Below are positions 1 through 12,955 of a stretch of DNA of 64,000 nucleotides, in pieces. The stretch is from contig OZ024740.1 in assembly GCA_964016885.1 (NCBI GenBank), forward strand, positions 373,612,001 to 373,676,000, read 5' to 3'. Position 1 is the stretch's first letter. Every line of letters starts with the position of its first letter. This stretch comes from Eledone cirrhosa. Lineage: Eukaryota. The translations under genes and the position numbers were made by a program. Below the pieces are notes generated by a model. The model was not told the DNA's origin and did not search any database. It was given only the letters and a program-made list of their open reading frames with translations.

Positions 1-33
<33 letters not shown>

Positions 34-110
34 CACATATATATATAGGTACAAATCTCTCTGTGAGCATAAACACACACACACACACACACACACGTAT
101 ATATATATAT

Positions 111-212
111 ACAACAACGAAAGTGTAGTAAGAAACCAGGTGGAGTATAACTCATCAGTTCGAATCCAGCTGTAGAAACGACCGGAGCTGAATCGGTGTC
201 CTGACTCCCTTG

Positions 213-215
<3 letters not shown>
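111..215. mobile_element. PLE pseudo-LTR remnant, family A, two-headed micro-insertion in (TA)n
   Basis: Left part matches the inverted family-A tip (cf. 22777, 56547). Right part (gctgtagaaacgaccggagctg...gtcctgactc) matches 23010-23062. TA repeats on both sides. Confidence 0.6.
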
Positions 216-261
<46 letters not shown>

Positions 262-264
<3 letters not shown>

Positions 265-448
265 GTTTCTACTTTTGGCACAAGGCCAGCAATAAACCAG
301 TGCATTACTGGTACTTTATTTTATCGACGGCGCAAGGATGAAAGGCAAAGTTAACTCGACTGGATTTGAACTGTGAATGGTAAAGATCGTAACTCAATGC
401 GTAAAAGCATGGGGTCCGCCGCTCTACCGATACTGCCAATCCACCGCC
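262..448 (-). mobile_element. tRNA-derived SINE (Meta/Sauria-like core), octopus-type
   Basis: Minus strand reads ggcggtggattggcag...gttcaaatcc (B box)...ctttgcctttcatcctt...gtcgataaaataaagtaccagt. Six copies in the window. Confidence 0.85.
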
Positions 449-453
449 ATATA

Positions 454-489
<36 letters not shown>

Positions 490-539
490 TGTATGTATGT
501 ATGTATGTATGTATTTATGTATATATATATATATATACG

Positions 540-607
<68 letters not shown>

Positions 608-617
608 TATATATATA

Positions 618-1218
618 TGGGTAACGAGATGGCGGCCATCTTGTTAGCCATAGGCAGATCTAACACAATGCAGCCTCGACACAAAAATGATGCTTGATTA
701 TGGCAGACAATTGATACACCCAGGACACCATAGCGAAATACCAATATATGGAATATTAGCTTATGCAAGATTCTTTCCTTATTTTAATTTATATTCCTTT
801 GCAGTTCCGATGAGCCACTCTTTCTTTAAATATGTTAATTAATTTCAACTGAACCAGATCAATAATGATATATAGTCATTTGATCAAGAAATATTATATG
901 GTGTTGCGAAACAATTGTAAACGGACATTATTATTATTAATATTATTATTAGTATTCTCTAAATTCCTTACATCAAACTAAAATATGTTGACAATCTTTT
1001 AATAATGTCTTCCTTGTGAAATGTGTGTTCTTGTTTGGCTTAACTAATGAATATTTCCAGCTCTGCGCGCCTAACTTATGCATAAACCCAGCCAGCTAGC
1101 TGCTTTCCACTGCATATTGCACATTGAGCACATGCCTTTACGCTTTGGCTTCTAACTAATTGACCAATCTCTCCTCTCCTTTCTCCATCTCTCTCTTTAA
1201 GATTCGTTACTCTTGAAC

Positions 1219-1220
<2 letters not shown>
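618..1220 (+). mobile_element. PLE pseudo-LTR-like insertion in (TA)n carrying an HHR
   Basis: Unique sequence bounded by (TA)n on both sides, containing the HHR motif at 801-924. Confidence 0.5.
801..924 (+). ncRNA. Type I hammerhead ribozyme, long helix II, core CCGAUGA (U4C)
   Basis: gtt-CCGATGA-gc..(~95 nt with internal gatcaa/ttgatc hairpin)..gc-GAA-ACAATTGT-A-aac. Palindromic helix III, GUA site. Confidence 0.6.
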
Positions 1221-3000
<1,780 letters not shown>

Positions 3001-3062
3001 GGCAATATATGCAGATATATATATGCAAATATAAAAACTGGAAAGTTCTAGTTAACATATGT

Positions 3063-3125
<63 letters not shown>

Positions 3126-3159
3126 TTATAAATTAAATGGATGCAGTAAAAAGCAGTTA

Positions 3160-3275
3160 GACGATTATTCACCACAGTACTCGATACCTGGGATAGTAGT
3201 GTGGGTAATATGAACAATTCTCAACACCGATCGACGGCCGAAACTCTACTGTTTCAACAGCTAGATACGACTAAA
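3160..3275 (-). repeat. Degenerate family A pLTR fragment
   Basis: agtactcgatacctgggatagtagtgtgggtaat...gacggccga...gtttcaacagctagat is similar to 22820-22856 and 22945-22985. Confidence 0.5.
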
Positions 3276-4519
3276 TATGACCGGCTTTGCTAAAAATAAA
3301 AAATAAAATGCATTTTCGCTTTTATATGGAGGTTACCTATATGAATTCTTAAGTGAATAATAACCATATTATAATAATGTGATTAGTATCGGTTTGTGCG
3401 CAAGCAGAGTGTCTCATAAACCAGTGTGTGTTTTCTAAATTACTATGAACCGTTTTTTTTCAGCGACAGTTGAGAAAAATAGACCACAATTGTTTTGTAG
3501 TTGTTGCATTTGTCACGAGTTCTTCCTTTTTATTGCGTATTTTGTAGCTATGTTGAGAGAAATATGAGATGATTTTAGTAACATCATATGCATTTTGAAG
3601 CACATTAATTATAGATATGTGAGGTGGAATTTATGTTCTAGTAGCATCTTAATTTGCTTCTTCCACAAAATTAAAAACTGACATTAAAATATTCATATTC
3701 AATAAGTATTAAAAAGGCTATATAGTCCTTCGATATATGAATGAGGTGAACAAATTTCCTTTGTTTTGAATTACCTAATGGCTTGAGATTTAAAATATAA
3801 GCAACATATATTGTTTCATTAGGCTGCTATGTGGTTACATATTTTTTGTTATTAGCAGACACTGAAGTAATAACACAAACTTTTAAAAGAAAGAACAAAA
3901 TGCAATTCAACGATCAATAACCCGCGTTCAAAGGATAAATAAAATTGCACTAACTACCGATTTAATGCAACCTAAATACTGAACATCTATACTTTGAAGT
4001 AGGCAGCAGACTTGGTTCGAAGACCACCAAATTTGGCTGATAAAATTTCGTCTTTTATAGCTAACTAAATATTTTATTATGAATATAGAGTGGCTTGTCG
4101 ATTGGCTATAAAATCAAAGATGTATTTAATGATAATGGTTCTGAATTGTGTTTTGAGATTATGATTCATGAAAATATAAAAATTAGTTTTCGATTTTCGT
4201 TGAAACGCAATGCATGGCAAAATAATTGACGACAAGATTAATGTTTATTTCGTTACAATAATGGGTAATATACATGAATTAACTTTATAATTTAGGTTAT
4301 TAGAATCTTTGATTGTAGAAAACCTGCATGTTTATCATAATAAGTTATTAGCTCAAATATATACTTATGTAAGCCTCACCATCCACACATACATGTCAAT
4401 ACTCATATTTCCATGGAATCCCTCACAAACATTCCATTGTACATACACGCGCCTACACAAACACACACACACACGCGCGCACACACACACACATACACGC
4501 GCACACCCACACGCACACT

Positions 4520-4583
<64 letters not shown>

Positions 4584-4585
<2 letters not shown>

Positions 4586-4939
4586 TCGTGCCTGATTGTG
4601 GATGTGGCCTGCCCATTCGACACGAGAGTGCAAGAGAAGGGGAGGGAGAAAATTAACCGATACCAGGACTTAAAGTGGGAGGTAAAAATGATTTGGAACT
4701 GCCATGAAGTCAAAGTGGTCCCGATTGTCATAGGCGCACTAGGTACTATCTCAAAAGGTTTCCAGGGATGGTTAAAGAAAATTGGCCCCTTCACGCTTTT
4801 TGAACGCTTCAAAAGGCATGCTTGCTGGGAACAGCAAGAACCCTCCGATACGTCCTGAATATCTGAGGCTGCTGGTAGTGGCTTGATATTAATTTCAAAA
4901 AACTTTCCAGTTAACTAACATCAATGACTGAGACTCAAA

Positions 4940-4940
<1 letters not shown>
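4584..4940 (+). mobile_element. R4/Dong non-LTR retrotransposon, subfamily A, 5'-truncated 3' end
   Basis: DVACPFDTRVQEK..KINRYQDL RLE motif, near-identical to 16995-17352. (AAT)n on both sides. Confidence 0.9.
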
Positions 4941-5020
<80 letters not shown>

Positions 5021-5021
<1 letters not shown>

Positions 5022-5243
5022 CCCGATTGTCATAGGCGCACTGGGGACTATCTCCAAAAGTTTCCAGGGATGGTTAAAGAAAATCGGCCCCTTCACGCTT
5101 TTTGGAACGCTTCAAAAGGCATGCTTGCTTGGAACAGCAAGAACCCTCCGATACGTCCTGAATATCTGAGGCTGCAGGTAGTGGCTTGATATTCAATCCA
5201 ACGGACTTTCCAGTTAACCAACATCAATGACTGAGATTCAAGG
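5021..5243 (+). mobile_element. R4/Dong subfamily A, short 3' fragment
   Basis: PIVIGALGTISKSF..LRYVLNI* plus 3' UTR, matching 17130-17352. Lies between (AAT)n tracts. Confidence 0.9.
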
Positions 5244-5287
5244 AATAACAACAATAATAATAATAATAATCATAATAATAATAATAA

Positions 5288-5456
5288 TCCTATAGCTCCA
5301 ACCGAATACCTAAACAGGCATGACATGCAGTCCTAAAGCTCCAACCGAATACCTAAACAGGCATGACATGCAGTCCTAAAGCTCCAACCGAATACCTAAA
5401 CAGGCATTACATGCAGTCCTATAGCTCCAACCGAATACCTAAACAGGCATGACAGA
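5288..5456 (+). repeat. 43-bp tandem repeat (about 4 units) at the 5' junction of the Dong-B fragment
   Basis: Unit tcctatagctccaaccgaatacctaaacaggcatgacatgcag starts at 5288, 5331, 5374 and 5417. The homologue at 18191 has a single copy. Confidence 0.9.
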
Positions 5457-6073
5457 GCTTCACAATACATACATTGGATAATGTGTAAGCATTTTGACCT
5501 GCCCCATCAAAAGAATTGGTAGGAGCATCAACCACCTCCCATACTTGAAAAAGATCACATCTCAATCTTGTGGAACTTTAGCATCCAAACAGACCGAAAA
5601 ATAGATGCAAATAGACCTGATATAATACTGAAGGACTTTCAAAAGAGGGTATGCCTGCTAATTGATATGTCTGTTCCAATAGACAAGAATGTATCTATAA
5701 AAACATTTGAAAAATTGAGCAAGTATAAGGACCTGGAGATAGAAATTGGAAAAATGTGGAAATTGAGAACTAAAACAATACCAGTGGTTGTAGACGCTCT
5801 AGGAATGATACTTAAGGGGTCTAATGATTACTTATGGGAAATCCCAGGAAACCCACGTATAGGAGAAATACAAACGATAGTACTAATGGGAACTGCCCAT
5901 ATACTAAGCTTGATTCTGTCAATATAAGTACATCACAAGTCTAAACACCTAAAGATGCATGTGTGTGTATGTATGTTCTTTTTTGAACATGGCGGACCTT
6001 GTTGTCTCTTGAGGTCACTGGTTGTGACTTGGTAATAACTCGTATAAACATAAAGCAAGATAAATGCAACTGT
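5288..6073 (+). mobile_element. R4/Dong subfamily B, 5'-truncated
   Basis: WNFSIQTDRKIDANRPDIILKD..DMSVP..EKLSKYKDL RLE domain, matching 18190-18846. Ends in an aat repeat. Confidence 0.9.
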
Positions 6074-6104
6074 AATAATAATATTAATTATTATTATTTT
6101 TTCT

Positions 6105-6292
6105 GGCGGTGGATTGGCAGTATTGGTAGAGGGTCGGACGCCATGCTTTGACGTATGGAGTTACGGCCCTTGCCATTCTGAGTTCAAATCCAGCCAAGGT
6201 TTTTTTGCCTTTCATCCTTACGGGGTCGATAAAATAAAGTACCAGTAATGCACTGGGTAATTGCTGGCCTTGTGTCTAACGTGGAAACAATT
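6105..6292 (+). mobile_element. tRNA-derived SINE
   Basis: ggcggtggattggcag..gagttcaaatcc..gcctttcatccttacggggtcgataaaataaagtaccagt, with an (att)n tail. Confidence 0.85.
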
Positions 6293-6296
6293 ATTA

Positions 6297-6484
6297 TTAT
6301 TTCTACTTTTGGCACAAGGCCAGCAATTATCCCAGTGCATTACTGGTACTTTATTTCATCGACCCCGTAAGGATGAAAAGCAAAGTTAACCTCGGGTGGA
6401 TTTGAACTCAGACCATAAAGGGCCGTAACTCTTTGCGGCAAAGCATGGCGTCTGACCCTCTACTGATACTGACAATCCACCGCC
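6297..6484 (-). mobile_element. tRNA-derived SINE (tail-to-tail with the previous copy)
   Basis: Reverse complement of the same family, sharing the att/aat tail. Confidence 0.85.
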
Positions 6485-6544
6485 CTAATAATATTAATAA
6501 TAACAATAATAGTGAGTAAAATCGAAATTACAGCAGCGACTAGC

Positions 6545-6770
6545 ATTTGAACCAGGGACAATCTGGTTCTTCTCTGATAAAAGGAATGTTGTCAAGTCCA
6601 GGTGCACAGAACCTAGTAAAAAATAAATGGCTTACCTACAATCAATATGACGTTCTGCATGACATGAAGATCAGGTTTCACCAAACTGTTATAATTTTTG
6701 GATGTGTCTCCAGTGAGTGTGATGTCATGCCACCGCACTTATTTGAATAGGGTCTCAGGCTAAATTCTTT
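6545..6770 (+). pseudogene. Tc1/mariner-type transposase fragment
   Basis: Translates as ..NKWLTYNQYDVLHDMKIRFHQTVIIFGCVSSECDVMPPHLFE*GLRLNS, resembling the TVMVFGxVSSEGDVMPPH region of Tc1/mariner DDD domains. Confidence 0.6.
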
Positions 6771-7696
6771 CAGTTAACTTGACTGTCTGCGTTTTAAGAA
6801 GCTAATATTTTATTCAAATCAAAACACGCAACTGATTTAGTTAGAAAAGGTTTATGTGTGTATACGTAAACAATCTTAGCTATATTGATGCCCGTATATA
6901 GCGGGAGCAAATTAAATCTGGAATTGGCTGAACAATATTCACTGGACGACAAGTATAACATGTTGTTTCAGAGTCGCAACTTTCAGAAGGCTTAGACGAC
7001 GTGCAAATAATAAACAGAACATAACAAACATGTTTATATATCTTTATTTTTATATATCAGAAATAACCCACAATCTAACAGATGACAATAGTTGGGAATT
7101 CGATTGTAAATATAAAAGAGAGCCAGGGCTCAGGCTCTCTACTATATATATATATATTCTACAGAGTTGTGGTGGGGCTGATAACATTGTTAGAAATCAA
7201 TATCTCCTTGGAAAGATGGTTGTTGAGTGATTATGTGGTGTGACCTGAATTTTGTGTAATAGGTGACCACTACTTAAAGTTCTCTGGAAGAAGAATCCGC
7301 ACAGGTTACATAGTTATTGATATATATTTGCGTTTGAGTATAGAACAATGAAAACAAGACAGAAGTCAGAGGGAGTTAATCTATTCATTGTTTGACGATA
7401 GTTTGAGTGGATCGATAAATCGACTAGCATTGTAGTGGATGCTTACTACCTTCTGAAGAACACGGCCAATCGAAAGGGAATTCCGAGACTAAACATGTGT
7501 AAATATGTATATTTGCGTTACTTCATTCTTTTTCTGAACATAAAAATACTATGGTATATAATTTATCGTAACATTACAAATATTCATTCAAATTTATAGT
7601 TTGCTAAGTACTGATAGACGAATTAGAAGAATGGAGAAGCATATATTATATTTGACGCACTTGCTATAACTTTTCTAGAAACACGACTATTAATAA

Positions 7697-7881
7697 TTAT
7701 TTCTAGTTTTTGGCACAAGGCCAGCAATTTACAGTACATTACTGGTACTTTATTTTATCGACCCCGTAAGGATGAAAGGCAAAGTTAACCTCGGCGGGAT
7801 TTGAACTCAGAATGGCAAGGGCCGTAACTCTATGCGTCAAAGCATGGCGTCCGACCCTCTACCGATACTGCCAATTCACCG
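7697..7881 (-). mobile_element. tRNA-derived SINE with probable TSD
   Basis: Same family. cgactatta occurs at 7684 and 7891, flanking the copy. Confidence 0.85.
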
Positions 7882-8575
7882 TTATTCACCCGACTATTAT
7901 TAATGTTTTTAATATAATTTTTTCATCGTTGTTTAAAACATATTTATAAAAATATCATTAAAAACATATATATGAAAATATCATATTTGAAACCTACAAA
8001 TATATATTCATGATTTATTTCCAATTAAATAAATAGTGAAAAAGAACGAACGGATAGAAAAAAACTCGAACATAAAGAAATAACAGAAGGCGATATGGCG
8101 GCCGCGAATTACAAATCAGTGAAATTAAACGATGATAACAAAAGCGTTAAAACATCCATTCATAACAAAAAATGTATGAAAGTGTGTTATATAGAGATTT
8201 CCTGTAGCCAATAAAATTCCACTGTATCAGTAATAATAAATTATCAATATAGTGTTTATTTATTTCGTATTCCAGTTAACTTATGTTTTGTAATACTAAG
8301 TCTAACAAATTTATATATTCTGGATACTTTTTTGATATTTTAAACATTTATCTACTTCCTCATATTGTATGGTATTTACTTCTCACAGTGTGGCGACATG
8401 GATTCTGACAAGAAAATATTCATATGACAGTGGATATGGAAATACGAGCTATATACCTCACATGGCTTCGTGAGAATAGTTGACATTATATTTTCTTAAC
8501 TACAGCATTAATTGTAGCAGTCAATAAATTTCAAGCATACAATGATATATTGCCTTCTCATTCACTCTCTCCCGT

Positions 8576-8691
<116 letters not shown>

Positions 8692-8797
8692 TCATCTTTT
8701 CTCCTTATATATATACATATATATATTATATATATATAAGGAGAAAAGATGACATCGAAAATGCAACTGGAGTCTTTTTAAAAATATTTATTTCGTT

Positions 8798-8836
8798 CCT
8801 TTACCGGTTTCGCAGCTCTTGTACTTTTTCAAAAGT
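8798..8836 (-). ncRNA. Hammerhead ribozyme, U3-A8 variant (family C), imperfect helix II
   Basis: Minus: ctt-TTGAAAA-agtacaagagctgc-GAA-ACCGGT-A-aag. Confidence 0.55.
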
Positions 8837-9586
8837 AAAATTGAAATGGAGGGGTTGTGCTTTTTCTCGCATTTGGTTTGTGTTCGAATGTTACTTCTGT
8901 TTTATATGGAAAAAAGTGGCTCGAAATGCTAGGTTTTTGGAAAAGTAATTTGTTTGGTTGATGACTGTCATGTGAATAAGTATAATCAATTTCGTGCCAG
9001 TTCGGGTTACAAAGTTCTTATTATATTTGCCCTAACAAAAAGTGGGGAGGGGGGTGCTCAGATTGTTTTTTACATATATGAGTAAAATTTGGTTGGTTGA
9101 TGCAATCAGGTGAATAAGCAAATCAACTTTCGCGCCAGTTTGTGTTTGAATTTCTTTTTACTTTAAAAAAGTGGCTCAAGAAGTTTTTTTTATAAATGTA
9201 ATTTGATGTGTTATAAATCAAATTATGACTGTTCCGTGAACAAGTTCATTAAACACGCGCCCGTATTTGGGAAATTTTGTTGTAGCCATTTAGAGAATTT
9301 TGTGCCAAACAAAAGATAATGGTCAAGAAAAAAGGGATCGGAAGAATTGTTCTGGTTCAGTGAGTATGGCTGATGTGCTGGGGTGTCAACATTCAGAGTT
9401 TCTATTGAAGTAAAAAAAGTAGAAGTATGTATTTTTATTTGTGTGCATGTGTGTGTGTGTATGCGTGTCTATGTGTGTGTGGGAGTATGGTTAGCATGTT
9501 AAGATGGAGAGTATAAATATATATGTGTGTGTGTATGTGTGTGTGTGTAGGAAAATGATTCCGTTAGTAGAAATAGGGGATAGAGT

Positions 9587-9628
<42 letters not shown>

Positions 9629-9735
9629 TGTTTCGATGGTAAGCATGTCATGGTGTTACGATAATGTATATTAAACTATATTTAATGCTGGTCTATATTT
9701 TTGAATAAACATATTTTCCTTATTTATTCGTATTT

Positions 9736-9934
9736 ATTCATCGCTAACAATTACGAGATCCTACCACAAAACAGATACCACTCAGTGCACATCTAGACAT
9801 ATGCGCAAGTGATAAGACACCCAAATTCCAAGTCTTACCATTTTGTATTTGCGCTGACAATACAACAACAAATACGAATAAATAGAGAAAATATGTTTAT
9901 TCAAAAATATAGACAAGCATTAAATATAGTTTAA
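9736..9934 (+). pseudogene. PLE GIY-YIG endonuclease C-terminal fragment
   Basis: IHR*QLRDPTTKQIPLSAHLDICASDKTPKFQVLPF...(frameshift)IRINRENMFIQKYRQALNIV* aligns by eye to the end of ORF 40338-40883. Confidence 0.7.
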
Positions 9935-11120
9935 TATACATTATGTTAACACCATAACATGCTAATCATCTAAACAGACACATACACACACAATTATATA
10001 TTCTATCCATCTTAACAAGCTAACTATACTCCCATACATACACACACACATAACTCCATCCCCCATTTCTACTAATATAATCATCTTCCTACACACACAC
10101 CGAGCCGCACGCAGACACCAGCACACAAATAAACATACATATATATACTTTCTTTATTTCAATAGAATGTCTGAATGTTGACACCACAGCAGATCAGCCA
10201 TACTCACTGAACCAGAAAAATTCTCGCCATCTCTTTTTTCTTGACCATTGTATTTTGTTTGGCACAACATTCTCTATATGGCTACAAAAAAAAAATTCCA
10301 AATACGGGCGCGAATTTTTTATGTACTTGTTCACATGAGAATCATAATTTAATTTATAACCAATCAAATTACATTTCAGCACATCAGCCATACTCACTGA
10401 ACCAGAACAATTTCCCCATCCCTTTTTTCTTGACCATTATCTTTTGTCTGGCACAACATTCGTTATATGGCTACAAACAAACATTTCCAAATACGGCCGC
10501 GAATTTTAATGTACTTGTTCACGTGACAGTGATAATTTCATTTATAACCAATCAAATTACATTTATGAAAAACAACTTCTTGAGCCACATTTTAAAGTAA
10601 AAAAGAAATTCAAACACAAACTGGCGCGATAGTTGATGAGCTTATTCATGTGATTGCAACAACCAACAAATTTCATTCATATATGAAAAAGCAATCTGAA
10701 ACCCATCACCCCACCCTTTTTAAAAAAAAGCAATTCAAATAAGAACTTTGTAACGCAAACTGGCACGAAATTAATTACACTTATTCACATGATATTCATC
10801 TTCCAACTAAATCACCTTTCTAAAATCCTAGAATTTCGAGCCACTTTTTTCCATTTAAAACAGAAGTAACATTTGAACACTAAACCAGATGCAAGAAAAA
10901 CCACAAACCCTAGCATTTCAATTCTATTTTAGAAACGCACAAGAACTGCGGAACCAGTAAAGCAACCAATTAAATATTTTTAAAAAAGACTCCACTTGCC
11001 TTTTTGATTTCATCTTTTTTCCTTATACTTTCACTGATGTAGGACATCTCGTTTTTTTTTCATTTTGTAAAAATACCTCATTTTCTAATATATATATATT
11101 AAATATATATATAGATATAT

Positions 11121-11769
11121 ATATGAATGAAAATAGACCGAGACCGGACTGTCCATCATCATTAGTCTGCTGATAATCATTGGTATTTCTTCGCATTAGA
11201 GACTAGATACCTTAAATCAGTGAAAGCGATAACTAAATTAAGTTATCGGGACAGAGCGAAAAGAAAAAAAGTAAACAAACAACACAGTAGTAATGCAACG
11301 TAAAGAGGGGAAAAGAGAGTCAAGTCAATGAATCTGGTGGGCTTAAGTCCGAACATATCAAATGACGAGAACAGGCAGACACCTCCGAGCCACGCGAAAA
11401 GTGAGAGAGAAAGAATTTCAGACAGGTCAGAGGAAGGAAGTGAGAGAGATGGAGTAGCAGAGAGTGAGTGAGTGAAAGTTTGAGGAAGAAGCCAGGCGAG
11501 AGAGTGGGTGACCAGCAGAGGGGTGAATGGAAGTAAGAGGTACAAGGAGAGAGTAGAGGGAGAGAGAAAGAGGATAGCAGGAAGGTGACAGAAAAAAATA
11601 CGAACCACAGTTAGGGGGAAAAATATATGTGAATGAAAAATGGCGTGCTGCGTTGTTGCGAATGTGAACATATGAATGAAAATAGAACGATACACGACTG
11701 TCCATCATCAGTAGTCTGCTGATTATCATTGGTATCTCTTCGCATTAAAGACAAAATACCTAAATTCAG
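11121..11769. repeat. 549-bp unit with a 100-bp terminal direct repeat, adjacent to (TA)n
   Basis: 11121-11220 is repeated at 11670-11769. Confidence 0.75.
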
Positions 11770-12384
11770 GTAAGTATTTATGTTCGTCTGCTGTTAGAGA
11801 ATTGAAGTGATAGGCGATCGACTGTCGGGCTGAGGCAGCAGACATTTACAACACCTCTTCTTTTCGCGACTTCTGCATTCTGACTTCTGCTTACGAATTA
11901 GACAGGTGTAGACAATATACACAATCTTCATGATTTTCTTTAGATATTGCTTATATCGGAAATATTTTTATATTTAAATGATACTATTTTTAAAATGATT
12001 TATTTCATTACTACGATTTCATTACTACGATAGTTTTAAATGAATGAGGAATGTTACATATTTTCAGTTATTTTTAAAATCTGGTTTGTATATATTGTAA
12101 TATATTTAGGATATTATTTACGATAACGTATTTTTTGATTTTCCAGGTTTACGTTATTCGCTTTTGCTATGAACTTAACTAGTAGGAAATTACTATGTTG
12201 TGTCAGTCGGCTGACATTTGGAGAAAACACTATTTATCATGTCGGAAAGGTTTCATAGGTATACACGTTATAATTGTCGAATACTGCAAGGAAAAAATGA
12301 AAATCAGTAATTTGAAAATTGAAACATTTATCTTCTCGAGAAAGCTTGAGTAGTGCGCTTTGCGCATGAGTTGTGTCACACAAT

Positions 12385-12775
12385 TGTAGGTGGATATGTT
12401 GACGCATGACCGAAATAGTTCAATCTCGAATCCACGCCACCGAAAAAGTTTCCTTCCAAGGTTCTCAGAAATAACGTTACTCGATTGGCTGCGTAGTTAG
12501 GTGATCAGGAATGTTCTAGAGTTAGAGCCTACTGGTCTACATCGAGAGATTACCCCTTCGGTACTTCGGGCATATAGTCAGAATGGGTAAGGAATAGAGT
12601 GCAGGATAGATCCACGGACAAAGCCAACCGTGATCCTGGGATAAATCACAAGAAAGGGGCTTGGATGCTATCCATAAACTCGACTGGTCTTACTTCGGTA
12701 TCCAATCGGATCATTTAGAAACGTTTCAGAACTCTATCCCCAAGAGCCCCTTATGGATTAGAATTAGAAATAGAA
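12385..12775 (+). mobile_element. Degenerate SINE-like repeat
   Basis: B-box-like tcgaatcc near 12427. The 3' part (gatcctgggataa..ctcgactggtcttact..aagagccccttatggatta) resembles a common octopus repeat (from memory). Confidence 0.4.
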
Positions 12776-12798
12776 GACAACGACGGCGACGACGATAA

Positions 12799-12800
<2 letters not shown>

Positions 12801-12858
<58 letters not shown>
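12801..12858 (+). repeat. (AAT)n microsatellite (Dong target)
   Basis: Pure aat run upstream of the long Dong element. Confidence 0.95.
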
Positions 12859-12862
<4 letters not shown>

Positions 12863-12955
12863 TAAGGGAAGAAGACGCACGAGGTGGCGGAGGTCATGAA
12901 ATCACTCCCGTAAGTTTTGAATTTTTAACATATTTAAATCATTTGTGAAATAACA

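Larger units (their letters stand above)
8740..11090. mobile_element. Neptune-like PLE (family C), two-headed fold-back insertion
   Basis: 8740-9735 is an inverted, diverged copy of 9870-11030. The centre encodes a GIY-YIG C-terminus. HHR motifs lie in both arms and (TA)n flanks both ends. Confidence 0.8.

Noticed and set aside
373-768. ORFs with YI/HT/CV/LS/poly-I runs here and throughout the window
   Set aside because: They are translations of (TA)n, (CA)n, (CT)n and (AAT)n microsatellites, with no coding evidence.
5288-5456. CRISPR-like repeats (also 29933-30110)
   Set aside because: No unique spacers, no cas genes, and a eukaryotic TE context.
7448-7505. CTGAAGA...TAAACATGTGTA possible old HHR
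   Set aside because: GAAA is broken and the helices are too weak to call.
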